Source: Euglena gracilis (taxonomy: Eukaryota). From it: a DNA stretch of 64,000 nt. How positions within the stretch are numbered: the first letter of the stretch is position 1; each line of letters opens with the position of its first letter. The notes under the pieces were generated by a model. That model was not told the origin of the DNA. It made no database searches and worked only from the letters and a program-made list of their open reading frames with translations. The stretch is from positions 33,887,737 through 33,951,736 of the forward strand of contig CP154954.1 in NCBI GenBank assembly GCA_039621445.1, given 5' to 3'. This document shows positions 20,860-34,600 of this stretch, in pieces. Position numbers and translations under genes: made by a program.

Positions 20860-21699
20860 CTCTTTTCAACAGACGGCCCATTTTTGGGCCTCAAACCTCG
20901 CAATTTTTTCGCGAATTTTTTTTCTTGGGGAAGCCAGGCACAGAGGGTTCCAAGTCCAAGACACAGTTCTCAAAATAAAATCCCCTTGTGTGTGCAAGGC
21001 ATGGATGGCCACGGGTAAACATAAAATGTGCAATGATGGAAGACAGCTGATGACACTCATATGACACCTTGCATGGCTGGCGTTTTGTGGGGAAAAAATG
21101 GGGGGCAAAAAAAACATCAAAAAAAAGGGGGGAAGTGAGACAAAATTTCCCTCTGTCGCAAGGGTACTCAATGGTCCAAAATGCTGGAATGGAATTTTTG
21201 TTTGGAAAAAATCGGCACAATTGTTTTTGCCATTTTCAAGGGGGGTCAAAAATCTGTTTATGACCCTTGAGGCAGAGGGAGGGGGGTCCGAGGAGGGGGG
21301 GGGGGGGCGCCGCGAGGGGAGGGGTCTTCTCTCATCGTTCATCCATGTTATGTTTATTTATTCATTTTTTCAATGGCTTCTTAGATTATTTAAACATTTT
21401 TCTATCTAGAACAACATGACTGGCAGCAAGCACCCAAGGGACAGCCCAAACCCCAGCCCCTCCAAAAGAAGGAGAGAGGTGTGCCAAGGACATGACAGGC
21501 AACCCTTTTCAACAGCTTGCAAAACAAATTCACAAAAAAAGTGTTTTTGCAGACCACGGATCCCGACCCTGAATTTTGTTTTTGGCCACAAATATCAGGG
21601 CAGGCGTTTGGCGGGTTGAACACAGTTTTTTCAAAGGGAAAATTTTGATAAGTTTCAATTTTCTTTTGGTGGTGAAATCGTGGAGGGATGACAGCGTGC

Positions 21700-21707
21700 G
21701 CGCACAC

Positions 21708-21761
<54 letters not shown>

Positions 21762-21804
21762 GCACGCACGCACGCACGCACGCATGCACGCACGCACGCA
21801 CACG

Positions 21805-21835
<31 letters not shown>

Positions 21836-21855
21836 GCGCGCACGCACACACACAA
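21700..21855. repeat. (CA)n/(CACG)n microsatellite
   Basis: Seen directly. Confidence 0.95.
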
Positions 21856-22029
21856 ACAAACACAAATACACTGACTGATTGTTGAAAATTGGTGATTGAT
21901 TTTTTTTGGCGAGTGCTGGAGACCAGTCGCCAGCGACCATTGGTGGCACCTCTGGCGACCCCACTGGTGGTCGGGCCGACAAGTCGACCGACCACCAACA
22001 ATATGACAGTGATTTTTGGACCCCCCAAT

Positions 22030-23091
22030 TGTAACCGTGAATTGAGGCCCGGCGCCTGCCCTGTATTTCGTGGGTGTGAACACGAAATACAGGGCGTTAT
22101 TTTGGATTCACGAATACAGGCTGTATTCGTGAATAGGGAATTCACGAAATACAGGCTGTATTTCGTGAATCGGATTTTTTTTTTGTGTTTTAACCAGCTT
22201 CTGAAACCAGAAACCTCCTTGCATCACATCGTCCGAAGTGATTCAGAAAAAAAACCAAATGCACAAAGCAAAAGAAAATTGAATGGCATATCCAGGGTGA
22301 GAAAAGAAGGCGGTGCACAACTAGTGCAACGTCAGACAGCAAAGTGTGTGGATTAACGCAGGGAAAGCTAACGTGGTTTGCATGAATGACACACCCATGA
22401 CCCATGTTTGGGCTCATGGCATAAATTCACACAACGCCAGTGGTATGAAAGGGAACAAACATCACACTGCACTCGGTTCATATCACGACACGGGGTGAAC
22501 GACCACGCCACATCTGGCTCCTGTTTGGGGTAGTGACACAAGGCGGCGTTTCTCCCAACCCTGCTTAACTGTGGCCAAAAATTCAGCAACTTTTGGGGGT
22601 TGTGGCAACATTCTTTCCATGGTGTTTGCCGCTTTCTTCGCCATTTTTCGGAGAACAGACTGAGGAGAAACACAGTGTGAAGGTGGGAAAATAGCACTTT
22701 TTGCTCTAAAACCGAAAAGCATTGTGGGGGCCTTTGCGGGGGGACCGGCCGCCTTCGGCGCCCCCCCCCCCCAAAGTGCCCCCCAATAACTTGGCCTTAC
22801 ACCCATATCTCGTTTTCCAGGAGCAAGGGTGTGTTATCAATGTGTTCCAGGTCATCTCGACAATGTTTTCACATTTTGGTTTCTATTCACGGAATACAGG
22901 GCGTTATTTTCAATTCACGAATACAGGCTGTATTTGTGAATAGGGTATTCACGAAATACAGGCTGTATTTCGTGAATAGGATTTTTAGGAAATTTTGGGC
23001 AAAAAAACGGTCCAAAAGTGCCCTAAACCATGGCGTGAAGCACATCAACGAAATACGGGGCAGGCGCCGGGCCTCTTGATTAACGGTTACA
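22030..23091. mobile_element. Non-autonomous TIR element carrying a PHD-finger coding remnant
   Basis: TIRs tgtaaccgtgaattgaggcccggcgcctgccc / gggcaggcgccgggcctcttgattaacggttaca; subterminal ttcacgaaatacagg repeats; minus strand near 22368-22475 encodes VQCDVCSLSYHWRCV...WVCHSC*. Confidence 0.6.
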
Positions 23092-23569
23092 GAAAAATCG
23101 TGGGCTATAACCCGTATACAGGCCGTATAACGGGTCAAGGGCGCCGTAGGCACCCTTGACCCGTTATACGGCCTGTATACGGGCTCGGGCGGGAAATTGG
23201 CCATGGAACTTTTGGTGGTCGCTAGCGACCGAATTCTGGCGACCGGTCGCTAGCGACCGTTGGTGGTCGGAGCGACCGGTCGCTAGCGACCATAGGTGTC
23301 ACAAGGGGGGGTCGGGGGGGGCGGCCGCCCCCCCCGGGATTTTGGAAAGAAAAAAAATTTTTGTAGCATGAATGTGATGTTTTTCTTTGTAATGCCATGT
23401 TCAATGGTTCAAAGGGCGTTACCGTCTCGGCTGCCTTCGGCAGCCACCTTGCCAGTTAAAAGCACATTTTTGGAGAATGAAATTGCAAAATCCATTACCG
23501 TCTCGGCCGCCTTTGGCGGCCGAAATAAAAATCCTTGAAAAAACCCTACGGCACTTCTTGATGTTTAAA

Positions 23570-24273
23570 CCGGCGTTTGAGACGCCGGGTCCAGGACAGA
23601 ACCGGCGTCCCCCCCGCACGGGTTTTCCAGACGCCCGTTCTGTCCTAAAACCCGGCGTCAGGAACGCCGGTTCTGTCCAAAACCCGGCGTCCGGTTTGGA
23701 TTTTGGCCACAAACCGCCTTTTTTTCCCCTCCTTTGGTGCTAATTGTTTCTTGGGACCCCACAAACCACTTTCACCTTGGCTGTTTGAATACAAACTGAT
23801 ATCCTCATATGTCCCCCTGCCTCCATTTTCTTGACCAGCCGAGTTTGGGGGAAACTCTTCGGGTCAACGAAAAAAAATGATTTTGCGCAAAGTGAAAAAA
23901 ATGGCTTCACCCCCCCCCCCAGGTTGCGAAGTCGACACAGTTGGGTTGAGTTGGGAGGTTTCCAAAGGGGTTCTACCCATGGAGGCTAGGCACAATGGGG
24001 GGGGGGGGGGCTGGGGGGGCGGGCGGGCGGCGGGGGGGGGGGGGGGCGCAGTCCGAGGGCGGCCGCACGGGCGGCGCGCGGCCCATTTTCGGGTCCAAAA
24101 GTGGCCATTTTTGGCCATTTTTGCAAAAAAAAATGCCTTTTTCTTGGGCACAGTGGGGGGAGGGGGGGGTTGAGGGGGGGGGGCGAGTGGCTACTCCCCA
24201 CCCCTCACTACCATACCCACCCCCCACCTACCGCCTCCCTTCCGCACCACCTTCCAAACCCCGCGCAGGGCCG

Positions 24274-24307
<34 letters not shown>

Positions 24308-27300
24308 GTTTCCCCTGAGCGGCGCGCCTAGCCTCCCATGATTTCGCTTTCTAGCTCAAGTTTTTGGAGCATTGGACTTCAAAAAAGGCGTTAGCGTCTC
24401 GGCCCCTTCGGGGCCAGGGGACAGAAAAAAAAATGGATTCTGGTTGTGCCATGAAAAAAATTTTCCTCGGCGCTTCGCGCCGGGGAAAAAAAGGATGTGC
24501 TCCAAATTTTGTCGGCTCCTCGCCCCCCCCCGGGAAAAAATTGTTCCGACACCGCTGCTAGCGACCACCAAAAATTCGCCCCCCCCCCTCTCAGAAGATT
24601 TTTAAGCCCCCCCCCCCCCCGCCCTGTGAAGGAAAAATTTCCCCCAGAGAAAGCCATGAAATTTCATATGAAAAGTTCCTTTTTCTGCTTTTAGGATCTT
24701 GCACTATGTCACACAATGTTTACGTTACTTTGTCATTGGAAGGGGGGGGGGGGGTAGGGGGGGGGGGCGGCAGCGGGGTGGGGGGGCGTGGCATAACCCT
24801 CACCCCCCCCTCAGAGTGGCTAACGTTTTTTGTCAAATTTGCTTTACCCCGCCCTCAAAGTGGCCACTTTCGTTTGGCGCCAAAGCCCAAAAATTTACCC
24901 CCCAAAGTGTCCCCTCCCCCAGAGTGGCCGTTTTGGGGCCCCATGGTGCCTGGAGGGGGGGTGAGGGTACATGCGCACCTGGCCCTGGGTCGGTTACCCC
25001 CCCCCCCCCAGAGGGGATTTTGTTATTGGAGGGCGGGGGGGCGGCAGCCCCCCCCCGCCCCCGCTAGACGACCAAGGGCGCCAAAGGCGCCTTGGGACGG
25101 TTTTGTTTACGGTGCGCGTGGCATTACATGCGCGCCTGGGCCCTGGGTCGGTAACCCCCCGGAGGGGATTTTGTTATTGGAGGGCGGGGGGGGGGGGGCG
25201 GGGGGGGGGGGCGGCAGCCCCCCCCCCCGCTAGACGACCAAGGGCGCCGAAGGCGCCTTGGGACGGTTTTGTTTACGGTGCCCGTGGCATTACATGCGCG
25301 CCTGGCCCTGGTAGCATCGTTTTGCCGTACAACGGGGGGGGGTTTTGTATAACATCCCAATGGGGGGAGGGCTTAAAAAATCTTTGGAGGGGGGGGGGTG
25401 GTCGAAATTTTGGTGGTCGCTGGCGACCGGTCACTCCGACCACCAATGGTCGGTCGACCGTGACCAACGGTCGCTAGCGACCACCAAAAGTTCCACGGCC
25501 AATTTCCCGCAATGAGGTCGCTAGCGACCACCAAAAGTTCCACGGCCAATTTCCCGCAATGAGCCCTGTATACGGGTTATGTCCACAATTTTTATAGAAA
25601 GTCCCTCATTAAACCCCCCCACTTCTCGTTAAACCGGCGTTTGAGACGCCGGGTTCAGGACAGAACCGGCGTCCCCCCCCCACGGGTTTTACGGACGCCG
25701 GTTCTGTCCTAAAACCCGGCGTTAGGAACGCCGGTTCTGTCCAAAACCCGGCTTCCGGTTTGGGACTGTATTTTGTGTAAAAAAGTGTGCCAATGTGACC
25801 CCAGAAACAAAAATCTCCTTGGATGAAAGGGGATAAAAGGCACAATTGCTGAGTGCAAAATATCATGACAGACGGCAAGCGTTTTGCAGTTTCTGAGGTG
25901 GGGGGGGGAGGATTGCTAGGCATACAGGTTGCTACAGCTGCACTGATTACAGGGCAAAACATATTGCCGGCAAGGAGACACATTACAGAAATTTTGGCTG
26001 GACCCCATTGGATTTTTTCAGAAGTACGGTTGGGAATTTTGGGTGGACCCCCCCTGGGTTTTTTCAGACATACGGCAGGGAAATTTTGGCTGGACCCGCC
26101 CTGGGTTATTTCAAAAATTCCGATTGGGGGGTTCTGGAGCCATTTGGGTGGGTTTTGACTGGTGTTGGGGTGATTTGGACAGAAGTTTTTTTCAGGGGCT
26201 TAAAAATCGGCGATACTGACCCGTTAGTACATTAGAGTGGGTAGTCTCCCCCATCAAAGTGGCCGCCCTCCGGGCGCCGTGGGACCCCTAAGCGGCGGGA
26301 GGGATTCTTTGGGGGGGGGGGGTCAATTTGGCGACTTTTGCCGCCAAAAGAAAGCAGCCACTTTGAGGGTATACCAAAATTTGCCTAAAAAAATGGCAAA
26401 TTTTGGCAAATTTCCAAAAATGACAATTGGACACTGATCGACGGTGAGACTCTCCTGGGCCTTCTTTCTCGAGGGGTGGTTTGGGACGCGGGGGGAGACT
26501 GTGGCCCAACTGCCCCCACACGTTTTCTTTGACGCCACTCAAAATTGTGTATTTTTCCTTTGGTTGACAAAAAAATGTGCCCGGCCAAAAGCTGGGACGC
26601 GGGGGGGGGGACGCGGGGGGACACGGGGCAAACACCCCCTCTACTACAAAAAAGGGGTGGCGGACGCCGGTTCTGTCCTGAACCCGGCGTCCGGGGACGC
26701 CGGGTTCAGGACAGAACCGGCGTCTGCCACCCCTTGTTTAAAGCAGCGTTTTAGAGACGCCGGGTTCAGGACAGAACCGGCGTTCACCCCCTTCGGGCCA
26801 GGGAGCACTTAGAAGTACGTTCACTAGCGTTCCCCTTTAGTCCCATGGGGGAACAGCCAAAACGTCCCAAAGCAAATTCTGAAAGAAAAACCAGAGGATT
26901 CAAACATAAAATCTCTGAAACTCTAAAAAAGCCATGGGGGTTCCAGCCGTATTCCCCAACCGTATTTCTGACAGAAAAAAACCCAGCAGGTCCAGCCAAA
27001 ATTTCCCAACCGTGATAATAAACCCAGCGCGGTCCAACCACAGTTTCCCCTCCGTATGTCTGAAACCCAGGGGCTCCAGCCAACATTTACCAGCCGCAAT
27101 TCTGAAACCGTGTATTGGGGCTGTGGCTTCACGCCCGAACCGGCGTTCTGGACGCCGGTTCGGCGCATAAATTTTTGCGCCGAACCGGCGTCCAGAACGC
27201 CGGTTCGGGCGGGAAGACGGCGTCCCAGGGACCCAAAATAAAAAGCGCCAAAAAGTGTCCAAAATGGTTTTTCGACATGTGGCAATCATATCAATCATAT

Positions 27301-30300
27301 CTGAGCAGTTTTCGGGGGGTATTTGGCCAGAAATTGGGGTATTTTGTGCAACAATTTCCATTTGGTCAAATTTGGGGAATTTCTGAAATAGAATATCATG
27401 CAGCACGGCTGAAATCTAAGGCCATCTGCTGAAATCCCTCGAGAAGGGCTATCGATGGGCAACATGGGGGGATTGGTACGACGTGGCGAGGGGGTCCGAA
27501 TAGGGGGGGGGGAGGGGGGGAAATGGCGGGAAAATGGCGTGGCGAGGGGGTCTCGGGGGGGGGGGGGGGAGGGGTGTGCCATGGTTGCAGAATGAAAAAT
27601 GTGTTGGGTGGCGTGGCGAGGGGGTCCGGCTAGGAAGAGGGAGGGGCGGTAAATAGCGTGGCGAGCCCCTCGGAGGGGGAGGGGGTGGGTGTACCAACCC
27701 CCCATAGCAGGTGCACAGTGGATTTTGGAATTTGCGAAAAGGGTCGGAACATGCAATCGGCAATTTTCAGAGTGCTATGCAGTGTGGCTGAGTTCTAAGG
27801 GCACCAAATGAAAGCTCATGGGGAGAGCTTTCGATTGATATGCCGTATGGCACCTGAGGTGTGGGATTTGACAGATCAGGATGTCAAATTTTGGAATACA
27901 TGATTGCTGAAAAGAAGCGCTGTGTGATATTGCTGAATCCTGTGGCCATCTGTCAAAAGCCCTTGAGAAGAGCTTTCGATTGATGGGTAACATGGCATCA
28001 CGTTTGTGAAAACTTCAATCGGCCGATCGACATCGCCATTCGCCCAAAGGAGGTCAAAAATGCTCAAAAAGGTTCAAAAAATGGGTATTTAGGGCGAAAT
28101 TGGCCTGGATTCCTTGAACGCCGGTTCGGGCGTGAAGCCAGAGCCCCTAATCCACAGTTTCAACAACTGTGTCCAGAACGCCGGTTCGGGCGTGAAGCCG
28201 TGTTCCAGAACGCCGGTTTGGGCTGCCGCCCGAACCGGCGTTCTGGAACACGGCTTCCCGCCCGGACCGGCGTTCTGGACACAGTTTTCGTATCAGAAAA
28301 ACGCACGGGGGGTTCCAGCCAGCATTTAACAACCGTATTTCTAAAAAACCCAGCGGGGTCGGCCCATTGCGGGAAACTGGTGCTGCACTTGTCGGTCGTC
28401 GCTAGCGACTAGTCGCTAGCGACCAAGTCTACAAGTCTACTGACCATTGGTGGTCGGGCCGACCACCAATTTTAAGTCCACCCCCCCCCTCCAAAAATTT
28501 TTTCAAGCCCCCCCCGAAAAAATTTTCATTCAAATATGAAAGAAAATGACTCAAAACGGGAACTTAGTCGGCCTACGGCCTCCTCCGGGGGGGGCTGCCG
28601 CCCCCCCCCCTTACCCCCCCCCCCGCCCAAAATAACAAAATCCCCTTGTGTGTGCAAGGCAAAGATGGCCGAATCGCGCTTCGTAATGAATGTAGTCTTG
28701 CGTGTGCAAGACAAGGATGGCCGAGTCGCGCTCCCAGGCTATTGTAAATGCTATGGTTTCATAGAACAGGCCCAAAGAGAAGATATTACACGAAATTTTT
28801 TGTAAATTGACCCCCGAATGGGGGTTTTGGAAGGCATTTGGGTGGGTTTTGAGTCATTTTCTTTTATATTTGAATGAAAAATTTTTGGAGGGGGGGGCTT
28901 AAAATTTTTTCTAGAGGGGGGGGGGGTGGACTTAAAATTGGTGGTCGGAGCGACTAGTCGCTCCGACCACCAATGGTCGCTAGCGACTAGTCGGTAGCGA
29001 CCCTAGCGACTAGTCGCTAGCGACCACCAAAAAGTCCATCACCAATTTCTCGCTCGGGGCCAAGTTGGGTCCAGCCAACATTTCCCAACCGTAATTCTAA
29101 GAAAAAACCCAGGGGTGGGCAGTCAACATTAAACCGGGTGAATATGCAAAAACTTGGGGGGAAAATGCCCATTTTGGGCCGAGTTGGCAAAAGAACACCT
29201 CTCCCCAATGGATTTTCAATATAATGGCACAAAAAGGACTTAGCCCTCCAAGTATATTGCCAACATAGAAGGGATTTTGTTATTTGAGGGGGGGGGGTGC
29301 GGGGGGGCAGAGCCCCCCCGCCCATGTCAAAATTTCGCACGAAAAGGACTTAGCCCTCCAAGTATGTTGCTATTTGAGGCTCGGGTGGGGGTTGAGGGGG
29401 GACTTTTCTGCCCTTCGTAATGCAGAATGCTTGCATTTCTAAAGGATTTTCATGTAATCCCTGTTTCACCATTAAACCGGCGTTTGAGACGCCGGGTTCA
29501 GGACAGAACCGGCGTCCCCCCCCACGGGTTTTCCGGACGCCGGTTCTGTCCTAAAACCCGGCGTTAGGAACGCCGGTTCTGTCCAAAACCCGGCGTCCGG
29601 TTTGGGACTGTATTTTGTGTAAAAAAGTGTGCCAATGTGACCCCAGAAACAAAAATCTCCTTGGATGAAAGGGGATAAAAGGCACAATTGCTGAGTGCAA
29701 AATATCATGGATGACTGACGGCAAGCGTTTTGCAGTTTCTGAGGTGGGGGGGGGGGAGGATTGCTAGGCATACAGGTTGCTACAGCTGCACTGATTACAG
29801 GGCAAAACATATTGCCAGCAAGGAGACACATTACAGAAATTTTGGCTGGACCCCACTGGATTTTTTCAGAAGTACGGTTGGGAATTTTGGGTGGACCCCC
29901 CCCTGGGTTTTTTCAGACATACGGCAGGGTAATTTTGGCTGGACCCGCCCTGGGTTATTTCAAAAATTCGGTTTAATGTTGACTGCCCACCCCTGGTTTT
30001 TTTCTTAGAATTACGGTTGGGAAATGTTGGCTGGACCCCCTGGGTTTTTTAGAAATACGGTTGTTAAATGCTGGCTGGAACCCCCCGTGCGTTTATCACG
30101 GTTGGGAAATTTTGGCTGGACCTGCTGGGTTTTTTTCTGTCAGAAATACGGTTGGGGAATACGGCTGGAACCCCCATGGCTTTTTTAGAGTTTCAGAGAT
30201 TTTATGTTTGAATCCTCTGGTTTTTTTTTCAGAATTTGCTTTGGGACGTTTTGGCTGTTCCCCCATGGGACTAAAGGGGAACGCTAGTGAACGTACTTCT

Positions 30301-31385
30301 AAGTGCTCCCTGGCCCGAAGGGGGTGAACGCCGGTTCTGTCCTGAACCCGGCGTCTCTAAAACGCCGCTTTAAGCCGGCGTTTGAGACGCCGGGCTCAGG
30401 ACAGAACCGGCGTCCCCCCCCCCACGGGCTTTCCGGACGCCGGTTCTGTCCTAAAGCCCGGCGTTAGGAACGCCGGTTTTGTCCAAAGCCCGGCGTCCGA
30501 TTTTCATTCCTAAAAATGTCACCAAAAGTGCCCAAAAGTGGCCCTAAGGTGCTGGTATGAGTGTTTCAACCATCAAGGACAATGATTTTTGCCATCTGGG
30601 GACCAGTGGGGTGGATATCCAAATCTCGTGAAAATCGGCCCAGATTTGGAAATAGAGTACCGTGCAGCGTGGAAAGATCTGATGAGCACCGCTGGTCGTC
30701 TGTTGAAAAGAGCTTTCGATCGAGGGGTAACTTGGTACCCTAACGTTGCACGCAGCCCGAGATACGCTCGCGATGGTCGGATCGGCCAGAATCTGAGTCG
30801 AAACTTGCAGAAATCTTCAGTGACTTTTGGTTTAAGATGCTGAATAAACCCTACAGAAACGTTTTTCCTCTTCGAATCAACGACCTGACGGGTCCTAGGG
30901 GGCACCAGAGTTGTGAAATTAGGATTCCCCACTGACAGAAAATAAGAGCTCCAGGCGACGTGGCTGAATTTGGTGGTGATCGCCAGTCGTCTGATGAAAG
31001 AGCTTTCGATCGAGGGGTGATTTTATACCTGGACGATTGACACAGCCAGAAATACCTTCGCGATCGCCAGAATTTGGTGAAGTGCAAAGTGGTGTGACAT
31101 TGCAGATCAGTGGTCGGAGATTGGTCCTGGGAGTGTCCTTTGGCCGAAGGTTGGGGACGCCGGTTCTGTCCTGAGCCTGGCGTCTCTAAAACGCCGGCTT
31201 AAACAAGAGGTGGCGGACGCCGGTTCTGTCCAAAGCCCGGCGTTCCGGACGCCGGGCTTTGGACAGAACCGGCGTCCGCCACCTCTTTTTTGTAGTAAAA
31301 CAAGGGGTGGCGGACGCCGGTTCTGTCCTGAACCCGGCGTCCCCGGACGCCGGGATCAGGACAGAACCGGCGTCCGCCACCCCTT
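23570..31385. repeat. Nested foldback/MITE cluster built on the GACGCCGGTTCTGTCC motif
   Basis: Many motif copies in both orientations. 26746-27018 is inverted at 30093-30365; ~25629-26120 is repeated directly at ~29472-29965. Confidence 0.75.
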
Positions 31386-31607
31386 TTTTGTACTAGATTT
31401 TTTCCCCTCCGGACCCCCATCAAGGGCCCACCGACCCCCACCGACCAAAGACTTCCATCTGAGGGTGTTTATGTTGGTGTAAGGCATTTATTTGGACCCA
31501 TCCGGACCATTTCCGGGTGATTTGGGCCCGCCACAGACCATTTTTATGACCACCGACTAGCCACCATCGATTTTCTTCATGGGGGGGGCTTACAAGTCGG
31601 CGATAGT

Positions 31608-34600
31608 GTCCCGTTAGTAACGTACTAGTACTAACGTACTAGTACGTCAGTACTGGTTGGCCGACTCCCCCCCCCCCCCCCGATACTGTCCCGTTAGTAA
31701 CGTACTAGTACTAACGTACTAGTACGTTAGGGCTCCCGGATCTGGCCTGGGGGGGGGGGGGTTGTGGGCCGACCCTAGGGTCGGCCCACGGTCGCCAAAG
31801 GTCGCCAAAGGTCGCTATGGTCGACCCCCCCCCGAGGCTGTGGAGTGGGTGGCGACCCTAGAAACCCTTTGTGGGCCGACCCTAGGGTCGACTTAGGGTC
31901 GGCCCAACCCACGACCTACCCCCCACTAACTCCTCAGGGTCGACTTAGGGGGGCAAATCCCTTTTGTTGCCCAAACGGTGTGGAGGGCCACAAAATAACA
32001 AAATTCCTTGTGTTGCACCACCCGTTTGCTGGGGGACCAAATACCTTTGTTGTGGCCCAACTGTGCGAGGGCCCCAGACAGGAATAACAAAAATCCCTTG
32101 TGTTCCACCCGTTTTTTTGGGAGGCAAATCCCTTGTGTTAACCAAGCCCCACCGTTTGGGTGGGGCAACTTCCTTTTGGTTGCCCAACTTTCGTTCGAGG
32201 GCCGCCAACAAAAGATAAAAAAATCCCTTGTGTTACACCCGTTTTGGGAGGCAAATCCCTTTTGTCTGGCCCAACTGTTCGAGGGCCCCAAAATAACAAA
32301 AAATACCTTGTGTTACCCACCCGTTTTGGGAGGCAAATCCTGTGTAACCCAGCCGTTTTGGGGGGCAAATCCCTTTTGTTGCCCAACTGTTCGAGGGCCC
32401 CAAAATAAAAAAATCCCTTGTGTTACCCACCCGTTTTGGGGGGCAAATCCCTTTTGTTTCCCAACTGATCTGGGGGGCAAATCCCTTTTGTTGCCCAACT
32501 GTTCGAGGGCCCCAAAATAACAAAATCCCTTGTGTTACCCACCCGTTTTGGGGGGCAAATCCCTTGTGTAACCCAGCCGTTTTAGGGGGCAAAATCCCTT
32601 TTGTTGCCCAACTGTTCGAGGGCCCCAAAATAAAAAAAATCCCTGTTGTTACCCACCCGTTTTGGGGGGCAAATCCCTTTTGTTGCCCAATTGTTCGAGG
32701 GCCCCAAAAATAACAAAATCCCTTGTGTTACACACCCGTTTTGGGGGGCATAACCCAACTGATCTGGGGGGCAAATCCCTTTTGTTGCCCAACTGTTCGA
32801 GGGCCCCAAAATAACAAAATCCCTTGTGTTACCCACCCGTTTTGGGGGGCAAATCCCTTTTGTTGCCCAACTGTTCGAGGGCCCCAAAATAACAAAATCC
32901 CTTGTGTTACCCACCCGTTTTGGGAGGCAAATCCCTTGTGTAACCCAGCCGTTTTGGGGGGCAAATCCCTTTTGTTGCCCAACTGTTCGAGGGCCCCAAA
33001 ATACCTGTGTTACCCACCCCGTTTGGGAGGCAAATCCCTTGTGTAACCCAGCCGTTTTGGGGGGCAAATCCCTTTTGTTGCCCAACTGTTTGAGGGGCCC
33101 AAAATAACAAAATCCCTTGTGATACCCACCCGTTTTGGGAGGCAAATCCTTTGTGTAACCCAGCCGTTTTGGGGGGCAAATCCCTTTTGTTGCCCAACTG
33201 TTCGAGGGCCCCAAAATAACAAAATCCCTTGTGTTACCCACCCGTTTTGGGGGGCAAATCCCTTTGTGTAACCCAACTGATTTGGGGGGCAAATCCCTTT
33301 TGTTGCCCAACTGTTCGAGGGCCCCAAAATAACAAAATCCCTTGTGTTACCCACCCGTTTTGGGAGGCAATCCCTTGTGGTAACCCAGCCGTTTTGGGGG
33401 CAAATCCCTTTTGTTGCCCAACTGTTCGAGGGCCCAAAATAAAAAAAAATCCCTTGTGTTACCCACCGTTTTGGGGGGCAAATCCCTTTTGTGTAACCCA
33501 GCCGTTTTCTGGGGGGCAAATCCCTTTTGCCAAACTGTTTCGAGGCCCCCAAAATAACAAAAATCCCTTGTGTTACCCACCCGTTTTGGGAGGCAAATCG
33601 CTTGTGAAACCCAACTGTTTGGGGGGCAAATCCCCTTTTGTTGCCCAAATGTTCGAGGGCCCCCAAAATAACAAAAATCCCTTGTGTTACCCACCCGTTT
33701 GGGGGGCAAATCCCTTTTGTGTCAGCCGTTTTGGGGGGCAAATCCCTTTTGTTGCCCAACTGTTCGAGGGCCCCAAAATAACAAAATCCCTTTTTTTACC
33801 CACCCGTTTTGGGGGGGCAAATCCCTTTTGTTGCCCAACTGTTCGAGGGCCCCAAAATAAAAAAAACCCTTGAACCCAGCCGTTTTGGGGCAAAATCCTT
33901 GTGTAACCCGAGGGCCGTTTTGGGAGGCAAATCCCTTGTGTTACCCAGCCGTTTTGGGGGGCAAATCCCTTTTGTTGCCCAACTGTTCGAGGGCCCCAAA
34001 ATAACAAAATCCCTTGTGTTGCCCACCCGTTTTGGGAGGCAAATCCCTTTTGTTTCCCAACTGATCTGGGGGGCAAATCCCTTTTGTTGCCCAACTGTTC
34101 GAGGGCCCCAAAATAACAAAATCCCTTGTGTTACCCACCCGTTTTGGGAGGCAAATCCCTTTTGTAGCTCAGCGGTGTTGGGTGACAAATCCCTTTTGTT
34201 GCCCAACTGTTCGAGGGCCCCAAAATAAAAAAAATCCCTTGTGTTACCCAGCCGTTTTGGGGGGCAAATCCTTTGTGTAACCCAGCCGTTTTGGGGGGCA
34301 AATCCCTTTTCTTGCCCAACTGTTCGAGGGCCCCAAAATAAAAAAAATCCCTTGTGTTACCCAGCCGTTTTGGGAGGCAAATCCTTTGTGTAACCCAGCC
34401 GTTTTGGGGGGCAAATCCCTTTTGTTGCCCAACTGTTCGAGGGCCCCAAAATAACAAAATCCCTTGTGTTGCCCACCCGTTTTGGTGGGCAAATCCCTTT
34501 TCTGGCCCAACTGTTCGAGGGCCCCAAAATAAAAAAATCCCTTGTGTAACCCAGCCGTTTTGGGGGGCAAATCTTTTTTGTTGCCCAACTGTTCGAGGGC

